DNA from: a virus
DNA length: 64,000 bases
Reading direction: 5' to 3' (one strand)
IMG/VR virus record: IMGVR_UViG_3300042197_001007
Shown: positions 26,072-34,733 of the stretch, one piece after another
Position numbering within the stretch: the stretch's first letter is position 1
Layout of the letters: every line of letters starts with the position of its first letter
Position numbers and translations under genes: made by a program
The notes under the pieces: generated by a model
Told to the model about the DNA's origin: nothing
What the model saw: the letters and a program-made list of their open reading frames with translations, nothing else
Database searches by the model: none

Positions 26072-28255
26072 TTATCTACCAATTACTTCCGAGAAGGAAA
26101 CGCCCGTTCTGGTAGCAGTTACTGTCACAGTAACATAATTGATTGAGCGGGTTGGCTTGAGGTAGAGTTCAGCAACAAACTCATTTCTATCAATGACTTC
26201 TGGAGTATTGTTTGTTTCGTCACAAACAACGAGGAAGTCAGTTACACCTCTACGTGCTTGAACTTCTGACAAGTAAGAAGAAATTGAAGCAGTGAAGTTA
26301 CTACGGGTTGTGCTATCGTTTTGCTCAAAGAGTACTCCTTCAGCAAGACCCTTAACTCTCTTCTCAACATTGAGGAATAGACGACGAACGTTAATTCTGT
26401 CAAATGCTGATGGCGAAGCGAGAGCAGTCTTATCTCCAAAGAGAACAGGACCAGAACCAGGAAGTGAAACGATTGGGTTAATTCTATTGCTGTAAAGATC
26501 GTCTCTTTGTGCCTTGTTAGGATTGAAAGCAAGCTTTACAACATTCTGAATTCCACCGCGATTTAGACCAGCTGGTGAATACCAGTCATCTAAAATTGCT
26601 GAAGTTGAAACACAAACACCAGCAACATCGCCATTACAACCGATGTAACGATACTTGTCGTTGAAACGATCGTAGGTATACTTGACGCCACTATCAAAAA
26701 CAACATATGAGCTAGAAGCAATGTTGTCAAAGAATGCGATTGTATTTGAAAGTTGTGTTGCTGGAGTAATCGCAGCACCACCAGAAGTAGCTACCTGATT
26801 ACCAACATATGGCGAGAGGAAAGCAACACAATCCTTTCTGCTATTTGCGATAGCAGCAACTGCTTGTGCCTTAGCAATGGTATCAGTTTCGTTGCTCATT
26901 GAACCACCCATTAGAACAAAGTCAATCTGGGTTTCTTCTGTATCAAGGAAAGCATCGTATGCTGCTTGAATTTCTCCGGAACTGTATGCGTAATCATCAA
27001 GACCACCCGATAGAGTTCCACCAGCAGTTTGAAGAATTCTTGATAGTTCTTTTGGAGCACCAGAAGTTGCTGCGTATGAAGCAGCAGTTCCACCAGGATT
27101 TTCACCAGCAGTTGTGATCTCAGCAGAAGTTAATTCTTGACCAGCATAAATGTAGTTTGAAAACTCATTGATTGCTGACTTCCAGTATGTTGAATTTCCT
27201 TCTGGTGACTTAGCATCAGAGATCTTTGAAAGATATGTGAAACGCTCAACAACTGTGTTGTCTCTCTCATCAATTACAGCAACATGAACTTCGTCATATG
27301 AAATATAACGCTCTGCTGCCCAAGGTGAAGTGCCAGGACGAGGACCGATTGCCTTGAATGCTAAACCTGTAGATCCAATTACTTCAGCATTCCAATCAGA
27401 ATTGGTATATGCTGAAACTGTAGATGCTACGGTAACAACTGTAGCAGCATCAAATGTTAGATCGTTTGCTGGAGAAGCTCCACCCAAAGCGGTTCCAAGA
27501 ATTGTGAAAGTGTCTCCAACAGCATATCCAGATCCACCACCAGATACGGTAACAGTGTATGCTGTAGCAGAACGAGAGATATTAAATGTTGCTCCAGTTC
27601 CAGCAGCACTATCGGTTGTATAAGCAACGTTGGTATAAGAAGCAGATCCAGCAGCAGCAGTTCCATTAACCGAATTGGTTGTTAGAATTTTTCCTGTTGG
27701 AATTGATGTTGGTACTGCGCTTCCTTTTACGATAGTGAAGTTATTAGCATCAACAACATCATAGACTTCGTGAGCAACACCAGCGTTATCTGTAAAAGTG
27801 CCACCAACTGAAAGACCGTGACTTACTTTTGCTACCTTGTAATCGGCACCGCGATCAAGGATAACTACACGATAGTAATTCCCTTCGGTTCCCGCATAGC
27901 GAGCAAGGAATTTTTCTGTTGTAACACCAGCATCAAATGCGTCTTTGTCGGAAACAAGAACACCTGTGCCACTCTTGGTTGCGTTCTTTACGGTTGTTGC
28001 TGCGCGAAGAACAGCAAGCTGTCCTCCATAGCGTAGAAACTCTGCTGCGACCAACCAATCGGAAGCATTAGCCTCGTCTGGTGTTCCGAAAGTATCAATT
28101 AGTTCTCTTTCTGAATTTACGTTAATTACTTTGCCTACTGGTCCAGTGCGGAATGTTGAAGCAAAAGCAGCACGGATAGCGAGTGCTCCTGTAACAACGG
28201 CATTGGATAAATCACGCTCTTTAATAACAACACCAGGCGAGACTTGACTTGCCAT
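26072..28255 (-). CDS. gp18: Tail sheath protein
   Basis: SPGVVIKERD...WYSPAGLNRG...SAFDRINVRRLF. Confidence 0.98.
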   Translation of the reverse strand: MASQVSPGVVIKERDLSNAVVTGALAIRAAFASTFRTGPVGKVINVNSERELIDTFGTPDEANASDWLVAAEFLRYGGQLAVLRAATTVKNATKSGTGVLVSDKDAFDAGVTTEKFLARYAGTEGNYYRVVILDRGADYKVAKVSHGLSVGGTFTDNAGVAHEVYDVVDANNFTIVKGSAVPTSIPTGKILTTNSVNGTAAAGSASYTNVAYTTDSAAGTGATFNISRSATAYTVTVSGGGSGYAVGDTFTILGTALGGASPANDLTFDAATVVTVASTVSAYTNSDWNAEVIGSTGLAFKAIGPRPGTSPWAAERYISYDEVHVAVIDERDNTVVERFTYLSKISDAKSPEGNSTYWKSAINEFSNYIYAGQELTSAEITTAGENPGGTAASYAATSGAPKELSRILQTAGGTLSGGLDDYAYSSGEIQAAYDAFLDTEETQIDFVLMGGSMSNETDTIAKAQAVAAIANSRKDCVAFLSPYVGNQVATSGGAAITPATQLSNTIAFFDNIASSSYVVFDSGVKYTYDRFNDKYRYIGCNGDVAGVCVSTSAILDDWYSPAGLNRGGIQNVVKLAFNPNKAQRDDLYSNRINPIVSLPGSGPVLFGDKTALASPSAFDRINVRRLFLNVEKRVKGLAEGVLFEQNDSTTRSNFTASISSYLSEVQARRGVTDFLVVCDETNNTPEVIDRNEFVAELYLKPTRSINYVTVTVTATRTGVSFSEVIGR

Positions 28256-28290
28256 TTTTTTACCTCTTAGATATCAAATTTATCTAAAAG

Positions 28291-28297
28291 TATTTAG
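28291..28297 (-). promoter_or_regulatory. Late promoter for gp18
   Basis: CTAAATA upstream of the start codon. Confidence 0.65.
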
Positions 28298-28334
28298 AAA
28301 TTTGATTACTTCAAATGGGGAAACCGCGCATGAA

Positions 28335-28559
28335 CTACCAGTCAGGATATGCCCACAAAGTTTTCTCAGCTTTTTTAGCATTGGATACCCGTTTTTTGGT
28401 ACATTCCTTACACTCATATGAGTATGCCGATGGGAATATTTTCTTGTGCTTCCTGATCAAATAATACCCATCTATTAAGTCTTTTGTCTGCCCACAAACT
28501 CGGCAAGTTCTTTCTACAAATAATAAGTGTTCTAATGAAAACTGTTCATCTAATTCCAT
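28335..28559 (-). CDS. Small CxxC...CxxC zinc-ribbon protein
   Basis: CRVC and CKEC pairs; TAATG overlap with gp17 stop. Confidence 0.75.
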   Translation of the reverse strand: MELDEQFSLEHLLFVERTCRVCGQTKDLIDGYYLIRKHKKIFPSAYSYECKECTKKRVSNAKKAEKTLWAYPDW

Positions 28560-30211
28560 TAGTAATTCCACATGTAACTGACTTGTTCTTGAGTATTACC
28601 ATACTCCCATAGAGTTCCATCAGCATCAACGAATGTATTATCTCCCAATCCATCGTCAATAAATCCGAAAGGTGCCATGTCCTGTTCAATTTGATTTCTT
28701 TGTTCTTCATAGATACGACGACGAACATCTTGGTCTGTCATCTCTTTGAAGTATTCCTGCATGACCAACCACGCAAAAAGAACCAGACACATCACAAGGT
28801 CATCATGATATCCTTCGTCTGCTTCCCATGCCATCTTCTTCTGGATGAATGTAGTGAGCTCTTGTAGGATCTCAAAATCACCAAACATTAATTTATCTTC
28901 TTCAATAATTGCTTTGAGATTGGCGCAACCCAATTTCTTAACTGTCACACTCATCTTCACACCAAGTTGAGTTTTGGTTCCAGAGAAACCAGTTCCAACA
29001 ATTTGCCCTGCCCTACCTCTCATGGCACACATCAGAACATTGGGATACTCTAAATCGTAGTTCAATGTAGCAGCAATACTATCACCAATATCGTTAACTT
29101 CTACTAAGATATATGGTAAATTGTATTCCTTCGCTACTTGTAAGATTACCGAGGGAAACAGTACAGGTTTAATCTCATTATTTCTGTACTTTGCCACGAT
29201 CTTATACGGCAATGTGGTGATATCAAACACGACAAAAGCACTGTAGTCGCCACCAATTCCTCTGGCAACATCAACAGTAATAATGTATTCGTGATCTTTT
29301 TGTACTCTTTCGTGAATATCAAGTCCTGCATTGGATGTAATTGGGTCAGAAAATGGTATGTTTTGAAGCTTGGATGGACTGATAAGCGTATCAGCAGAAC
29401 CAAGGAAATCACATTCAAACTCTTGTGCGAACTGTCTGGCAGATGTATTCTTGAGTGTCTCTTCTTTCCATTTAGCATCTCTACCAGGAACTTGAGACCA
29501 ATGAACCTCATTCATTACATAACCATTCTTTCCGTTCTTAGCATCCATCCACATCTTGTAGAAGTGGTTCATGCCATTCGGCGTTGAAATGATTATGACT
29601 TTTGTGCTCTTACCAGAAGTAATAGTAGGATAAACAGAGGCAAAGAATTGCTCCGCAACATGGTTTGGAACGAAAGCGAATTCGTCGAGGAACAAGATAT
29701 TAAAAGACATGCCTCGGACAGCAGACGCAGATGTAGAAGATGCCAGAATTTTTGATCCATTTTCAAGTTCGACATTACCTTTGTTCCAAACAACTACACC
29801 GTGCTGCATCCACTTTGGTAAGTTCTCATAAGCAAGTTGAAGTCTGCTTAAGAGTTCCCTTGATGTGGAAGCCTTGTTAGCCAGAATGCCAATATTAACG
29901 CTATCAAAGAATATTGCGTAATAAAGCAGATAAGCAACAACCGTAGTGGATTTTCCGGTTTGTCTTGGGAGTTTTGCGATGCTAAATCTGTTTTTATGGA
30001 AGTCTCTTAAAATCTTCTTTTGAAAATCATACATCTCAAATGGCACCAAGCCTTCATCAAGAGAGATAATCTTAATATAGTTCTCAGCAAAATAGACTGG
30101 ATCATTTTTACACTTGATCCATTCATTGATTTGTTTCTTGGTGAAGTTAATGGGAGTTCCTACTTTCTTTAAGTTAGGATTACCCAAATAGACATCATTA
30201 CCAGCTGCCAC
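28559..30211 (-). CDS. gp17: Terminase large subunit
   Basis: PRQTGKST, FLDEFAF, STPNG, DVARG nuclease motif, HDDLVM. Confidence 0.99.
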   Translation of the reverse strand: MAAGNDVYLGNPNLKKVGTPINFTKKQINEWIKCKNDPVYFAENYIKIISLDEGLVPFEMYDFQKKILRDFHKNRFSIAKLPRQTGKSTTVVAYLLYYAIFFDSVNIGILANKASTSRELLSRLQLAYENLPKWMQHGVVVWNKGNVELENGSKILASSTSASAVRGMSFNILFLDEFAFVPNHVAEQFFASVYPTITSGKSTKVIIISTPNGMNHFYKMWMDAKNGKNGYVMNEVHWSQVPGRDAKWKEETLKNTSARQFAQEFECDFLGSADTLISPSKLQNIPFSDPITSNAGLDIHERVQKDHEYIITVDVARGIGGDYSAFVVFDITTLPYKIVAKYRNNEIKPVLFPSVILQVAKEYNLPYILVEVNDIGDSIAATLNYDLEYPNVLMCAMRGRAGQIVGTGFSGTKTQLGVKMSVTVKKLGCANLKAIIEEDKLMFGDFEILQELTTFIQKKMAWEADEGYHDDLVMCLVLFAWLVMQEYFKEMTDQDVRRRIYEEQRNQIEQDMAPFGFIDDGLGDNTFVDADGTLWEYGNTQEQVSYMWNY

Positions 30212-30234
30212 AATAAATCACAGTCACTACTTGA

Positions 30235-30241
30235 TATTTAT
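30235..30241 (-). promoter_or_regulatory. Late promoter for gp17
   Basis: ATAAATA about 25 nt above the start codon. Confidence 0.7.
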
Positions 30242-30450
30242 GGATGGTCTTCGTCAAGTTCCTTCAATCTCTTCTCCCATGTAACGCCACCTTCTTTACC
30301 ACGGCAGGGATTAATACAAGTATCATCACCAAGTTTATTACATACTAACCCCGCCAGGTCAAGTTCGTTGCCTGGCTTGTTTGTTCCCGTCCAGTAGTGC
30401 TGATCATTGATCCAATTAGCACCACACTTAGGGCAGGTCTTCGTGTTCAT
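30238..30450 (-). CDS. Cys-rich hypothetical protein, 70 aa
   Basis: CPKC plus three further Cys; ORF track. Confidence 0.75.
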   Translation of the reverse strand: MNTKTCPKCGANWINDQHYWTGTNKPGNELDLAGLVCNKLGDDTCINPCRGKEGGVTWEKRLKELDEDHP

Positions 30451-30658
30451 TTTCGTAATTTGCGAGGAACTTTTTGAAATCGGTTGTGTCTCTCACAAGT
30501 TGCCTCTTGAGTTTCCAACCCATCCATCTCATCTGAACTCTTACAAACGCATAGCGTAGTTGAAGATCAGCATAAGCAAAGAGTTTCATAGTTTCCTCAA
30601 TCCCAGCATATGCTACCAGGATCGCAAAAAACACAACAATGAAATAAGTCCCGTACAT
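30428..30658 (-). CDS. Hypothetical membrane protein, 76 aa
   Basis: N-terminal hydrophobic span YFIVVFFAILVAYAG. Confidence 0.75.
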   Translation of the reverse strand: MYGTYFIVVFFAILVAYAGIEETMKLFAYADLQLRYAFVRVQMRWMGWKLKRQLVRDTTDFKKFLANYENEHEDLP

Positions 30659-30754
30659 ATGTAACTCTCTGCTACATTCATTATAAGATATGTAGGAAAA
30701 AATAGTGTTACAATATGTTAAGATTTAATAAGAATAACTTTACACTTGTATAAA

Positions 30755-30877
30755 TTATTCTTCCTCTTTTTTTCTATGGATGTATTGAATACCAAGAATA
30801 GGAACTACGATAACTCCAAATCCGCATAATCCTAACCAGATTTGACTTTCTGCTAAATGTTCAATGAGGGTAAGCAT
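30755..30877 (-). CDS. Small single-TM peptide, 40 aa
   Basis: Manual translation MLTLIEHLAESQIWLGLCGFGVIVVPILGIQYIHRKKEEE. Confidence 0.65.
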   Translation of the reverse strand: MLTLIEHLAESQIWLGLCGFGVIVVPILGIQYIHRKKEEE

Positions 30878-30950
30878 TTGTAAGTCCCCAGTAAATGAAA
30901 AATGCTATAGCGGAAAAAAGCACTATAGCATTGAAGATTGTATTATTCAT
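30861..30950 (-). CDS. Small single-TM peptide, 29 aa
   Basis: Manual translation MNNTIFNAIVLFSAIAFFIYWGLTNAYPH; overlaps both neighbours. Confidence 0.6.
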   Translation of the reverse strand: MNNTIFNAIVLFSAIAFFIYWGLTNAYPH

Positions 30951-31095
30951 CGTTTGTGGAATATTGTTCCAAATATGTTTTGAGTTTCCCTACAAGTTCA
31001 TTGTATTCATCCCAAATATACTCAGATCCTGTACTATCTTTATAAAGTTCGCAGGCAAGAATAAGCCTCACTACATCTTCTTCTTTCAGTCTCAT
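30943..31095 (-). CDS. Hypothetical protein, 50 aa
   Basis: Manual translation MRLKEEDVVRLILACELYKDSTGSEYIWDEYNELVGKLKTYLEQYSTNDE. Confidence 0.7.
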   Translation of the reverse strand: MRLKEEDVVRLILACELYKDSTGSEYIWDEYNELVGKLKTYLEQYSTNDE

Positions 31096-31155
31096 TTTCA
31101 TTTGAGAGATCTCAAAACTAATTATAATAATTTAAATTTTATCGGCGGGTGTTTG

Positions 31156-31587
31156 TCAGCAATTCCACGCACGAAGCGATTTGTTGATCCTGCTATCTGG
31201 ATCTCTGGCAGTTTTCTTACTGGTGAGCTTTGATTTCATGCCCTTCATTCTGGCACAAAATGACGCCCTGCGGGGATTTCCAACTTTCTTTGAAGGTGCC
31301 TTAAGGTCGCTTCCAGGATTAGCTCTTTCATATGACTTTCTACCTTTCTCGTTGAGACCACCATTCTTGTTTTGACCCTCCTTTCGTGTCCAAGCAGCTT
31401 CGTCTAATTCTACCTCTTCTTTCTTGACTGACTTGATGGGAACAGCAAAACGATCCCATGCTTTCTCTCCATAGGAACATTCACTTCTGGTCTCTGGTTT
31501 TTGACAGAGCTTACAGAAACGCTTTTCTTCTTGCTCTTTTTTCTTTGCTTCTTCAGCAAGATGTTTGATTTCTTTAAAGTTTTTCAT
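31156..31587 (-). CDS. DUF6321-like basic protein
   Basis: C-terminal GGLNEKGRKSY...RRASFCARMKGM...DSRINKSLRAWNC; N-terminal CxxC; TAATG coupling. Confidence 0.8.
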   Translation of the reverse strand: MKNFKEIKHLAEEAKKKEQEEKRFCKLCQKPETRSECSYGEKAWDRFAVPIKSVKKEEVELDEAAWTRKEGQNKNGGLNEKGRKSYERANPGSDLKAPSKKVGNPRRASFCARMKGMKSKLTSKKTARDPDSRINKSLRAWNC

Positions 31588-32978
31588 TAGTAAATCTCCC
31601 TCCATTGGATAGTAGCGGCAGCATTAGCAGTAGCATTACTAGCAGTACTAATAGTTTTTACAGCAATAACAAACACTTCGGAATTTGTCGAGTCTAAATT
31701 CTGAACGATAATATTTTTCTTCGCCGTCGTTAGACCACCAGATGCCACTGGAGTTAGTGAGTTTGGTGATGCTCCAGCAGTTACGATGCCAGCAGCAAAT
31801 ACATCAACACTTCCAGTAATTGCTTCAGCATTTACACAATATTGAACACCACTATCATCATCAGCATCGGTCCAAGTCAAAGTGCCACCATTTAAAGATG
31901 TAGTTAATTGACTGGCATTTGATAGTTTGATTAACTCATAATAGCAATCACCAGATTGAGCAAAAATACCAATCGTGTTTGGTCTTACACTAATTCTATT
32001 TGGATAACCTTTGAAATCATTTTTCAGACGAATTGCCATTAGAGGAAATCTTGTTCCCCCAGGAGCAATACTTGTTCTGATTGCTGGAGAAGTAACCGCC
32101 CAGTCAATACCACTTTCAACATATCCACCTTCAGACATTACTGTAGAACAAATCTGATCCATAGATCCACCAGTAGTTGTTCCAGTATTTCTAATCTCGC
32201 ATCTTACTGGGAGATTGGGATTTGACATATAAACTTCTGATAGTTCGTTGGAGCAGTAGTATTCATGTGCTAAAACAATCTGACCATCATGAACAAATCC
32301 ACAGCGAATTCTACCAACTCCAAGCCACTGGAAGTCAATATAAACTAGTTGAGTTTTTGAAGTATTGATATTGAACTTGGAAGGACCAGTTCCATCACAA
32401 GGATCAATATTCCATTCTGATTGAGGAACTCTTCTCTTGTAATTTCCTACTGTTGCTTCACTAGCACTACCGATAGTATAAGAACGAACTACAAAATTGA
32501 GTGTGCCGTTGTTTGTTCCGTTAGCAGTAGCACCACCAACTTGCTCGAAGTAAATGCCATCTCTATCATCAAAGTATCCAGTTCTCTTGGTTACATTCTG
32601 CTGGGCGTAACCAAAGCACACAGAACTGAAGATAACTTGTGATTTGCCTGGTTGGTAATGATGATAGAACTTTGTTTGATGGACAGCACTAGAAGCAGTA
32701 TTGGATGTTGTAGTCATCGTGGCAGCTGCTTTGTTGGTGGTAAATTGAATATCACCGCCATTTGCTTTTACATCAAGAAAGTTTGGGTCAATCGCATAGA
32801 TGTGCTTATAGTCACCAAGAGTAAATGTCTCGGCAACTCTCAAACGACCAAAGGCATCAGTAGCAGTTGCTCCAGTTCCAGCAGTAAGTTTGCCGAAGTT
32901 ATCGGCAATCATAACTACTTCAAAGTTTGTTTTTTCCTGCGGTAGGAAATCTTCGTAGTGTTTACTATACTGTGCCAT
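31587..32978 (-). CDS. Hypothetical beta-rich protein, 463 aa (possibly virion-associated)
   Basis: Long ORF; DAFGRLRV and IDFQWLGVGRIRCGF segments; no motif assignable with confidence. Confidence 0.85.
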   Translation of the reverse strand: MAQYSKHYEDFLPQEKTNFEVVMIADNFGKLTAGTGATATDAFGRLRVAETFTLGDYKHIYAIDPNFLDVKANGGDIQFTTNKAAATMTTTSNTASSAVHQTKFYHHYQPGKSQVIFSSVCFGYAQQNVTKRTGYFDDRDGIYFEQVGGATANGTNNGTLNFVVRSYTIGSASEATVGNYKRRVPQSEWNIDPCDGTGPSKFNINTSKTQLVYIDFQWLGVGRIRCGFVHDGQIVLAHEYYCSNELSEVYMSNPNLPVRCEIRNTGTTTGGSMDQICSTVMSEGGYVESGIDWAVTSPAIRTSIAPGGTRFPLMAIRLKNDFKGYPNRISVRPNTIGIFAQSGDCYYELIKLSNASQLTTSLNGGTLTWTDADDDSGVQYCVNAEAITGSVDVFAAGIVTAGASPNSLTPVASGGLTTAKKNIIVQNLDSTNSEVFVIAVKTISTASNATANAAATIQWREIY

Positions 32979-33256
32979 TATGCTAATACTGCGGTATTGG
33001 TTTCATCATAACGTTGATAATCAGCAGGAGTTCTAACAGTATTATCGTAGTTCCTTGCTTGAAATGTGCCGGGTGTTCTCACCGTATTATCATAATTTCT
33101 GGCAACATAATCACCGTTGAAATCTTTGTATTGAAATGCCGTCCAACCCTCGGTACTATTGAATACATCAATAGTAGTTGAAGCAGGTTGTGTTACTAAT
33201 GGATCACAATTTATGTCATTTCTGACATAGTTTGTATTAGTTGTTGGAACCGACAT
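32978..33256 (-). CDS. Hypothetical protein with internal repeats, 92 aa
   Basis: ARNYDNTVRTP occurs twice exactly; ATAAATA upstream at 33276-33282. Confidence 0.8.
   Translation of the reverse strand: MSVPTTNTNYVRNDINCDPLVTQPASTTIDVFNSTEGWTAFQYKDFNGDYVARNYDNTVRTPGTFQARNYDNTVRTPADYQRYDETNTAVLA
33003..33104 (-). repeat. Coding repeat ARNYDNTVRTP x2 plus a degenerate third copy
   Basis: Identical at protein level, synonymously diverged in DNA (approximate bounds). Confidence 0.75.
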
Positions 33257-33274
33257 TTTCCGACCACATATATT

Positions 33275-33484
33275 TTATTTATTTCTATGAAATCCTTCCG
33301 GTTCTGTCGCATGGATCCAATCTTTTAATGATCTAACGTAGTCTCTTAATTTTTCTGCTTGAATTTCGTGAAACCTATCGCCGGTTTCTATGTAAATTTG
33401 TGTGTGGAGATCTGCGCCATCTAAACACCTCTTAATGATAGGGTTCCACGGTTCCCTAAACGAGGTATTCCATTCGCGTGGCAT
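33275..33484 (-). CDS. Hypothetical protein, 69 aa
   Basis: ORF with ATAAATA at 33511-33517 upstream. Confidence 0.8.
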   Translation of the reverse strand: MPREWNTSFREPWNPIIKRCLDGADLHTQIYIETGDRFHEIQAEKLRDYVRSLKDWIHATEPEGFHRNK

Positions 33485-33513
33485 ATAAAGTTGTCACAAC
33501 GGTAACAACTTAT

Positions 33514-33927
33514 TTATCTTTTGTTGCCACCCATCTGTTTGAGCATCTTCTGTAGCTCTGTGGTGCTGCCAACAAACATCGCATTGTTTGTAACATTTGT
33601 GACCTTCTTGTTCTCCGCATCAAGATCTTTCATTTTCTTCTGAAGATCTACAAGCTTGTCAGTCATGTCTGCTACCTGCTTCATGGCGTTCACAGCGACT
33701 TCATACGCTCTTGGGTGCCCACTCTCCTGTGCGACCTCTAAAGCGCCTTGTACCGCCTCCTGACCCTTGCTGATGAGGTTGTATAATTCTCCTCTCGTAT
33801 ATTCATAATCTTTTAATCTATCTTGAAGAGGATCAATGCTTTCAACGACCTCTTTTTTTGGCAAGCATTCAACATCCTGAACTTCAATGTTCAGAATGTT
33901 TTCCATGTTTTTTTCTAAGTCTTCCAT
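33514..33927 (-). CDS. gp16: Terminase small subunit
   Basis: DYEYTRGELYNLI...SGHPRAYEV...NNAMFVGSTTELQKML. Confidence 0.96.
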   Translation of the reverse strand: MEDLEKNMENILNIEVQDVECLPKKEVVESIDPLQDRLKDYEYTRGELYNLISKGQEAVQGALEVAQESGHPRAYEVAVNAMKQVADMTDKLVDLQKKMKDLDAENKKVTNVTNNAMFVGSTTELQKMLKQMGGNKR

Positions 33928-33929
33928 AA

Positions 33930-34733
33930 TTAATAGATCGTAATACCTTCATTAAATCCAAAATCATCATCAGCAGTTACAATTGCTGTATCAGCCGCAT
34001 CTACATCATTATCACCATCAAGGTCTGTAGTGGCAACAGGAGTATATGTTCTGGTAATTGCTCTTCTGTTGACAGCAGCATCACCAACGGTCTCGTGAAT
34101 GATTGCCTGCCTGATGATGTCAGAAGTGCTGTATGGACCATAGAAGTATGTTCTGGCAGTAAATCTTAAAGTGTAGACAATAAATCTACGCTGCATGTAG
34201 TCATCTTCCCACTCATCTTCATACGAGATATCATTTAATACGATGGCAACATCTTTCTTTTCATTCATATCTGGGATCATATTCAACGTCACAGAAAATG
34301 ATGGTTGGAAATATGGAATGATTTGTTCAACAATTTGTAGCGCATCATCTTGTGACTTTGCGATGATACCAAGATCAAAGTTCATGTTATAAGGAACAGG
34401 AACATACTGAACTCTGACTTCATCACCATCATTGTTGATGACTGTCTTATACTTTTGAATTGGAGATGTTTTACGGGAAGCATCATATTCAATGCCAGTC
34501 ATCTCAAAATATAAACGTGGCAATGTGATCGCTACCTTTCTGCCAACCTCTGGATTTTGTTCTAAGCGAGCAAGAAACTTTTGCTTTGGACCATAAGCCA
34601 AAGGAACTTTCTCTTCCTCTAATACATCACCGTTTGCTGGATTTTTCTTTCTCAGTGTGATGTTGTTAAAAAGAGTTCCAAACGCAATGATGTTCTTGCG
34701 CGTGATTTCGTTGTAAAAATGAGATCCTAACAT
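33930..34733 (-). CDS. gp15: Tail sheath stabilizer/completion protein
   Basis: HFYNEITRK..IAFGTLFN, VPLAYGPKQKF, QIIPYFQPSF. Confidence 0.96.
   Translation of the reverse strand: MLGSHFYNEITRKNIIAFGTLFNNITLRKKNPANGDVLEEEKVPLAYGPKQKFLARLEQNPEVGRKVAITLPRLYFEMTGIEYDASRKTSPIQKYKTVINNDGDEVRVQYVPVPYNMNFDLGIIAKSQDDALQIVEQIIPYFQPSFSVTLNMIPDMNEKKDVAIVLNDISYEDEWEDDYMQRRFIVYTLRFTARTYFYGPYSTSDIIRQAIIHETVGDAAVNRRAITRTYTPVATTDLDGDNDVDAADTAIVTADDDFGFNEGITIY

Noticed and set aside
861-30211. Introns, inteins or homing endonucleases in gp43, uvsW, gp46, gp20, gp23 or gp17
   Set aside because: All are continuous, of ordinary length, with no intein or LAGLIDADG/GIY-YIG/HNH motifs seen.
30661-30675. NtcA box upstream of the 76-aa ORF
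   Set aside because: Spacing is GTA-N9-TAC, not the required N8.
30895-31375. Plus-strand ORFs 30895-31233 and 31181-31375 in the gp16-gp17 island
   Set aside because: Antisense to three coupled minus-strand ORFs that tile the region; no plus-strand promoter or SD.
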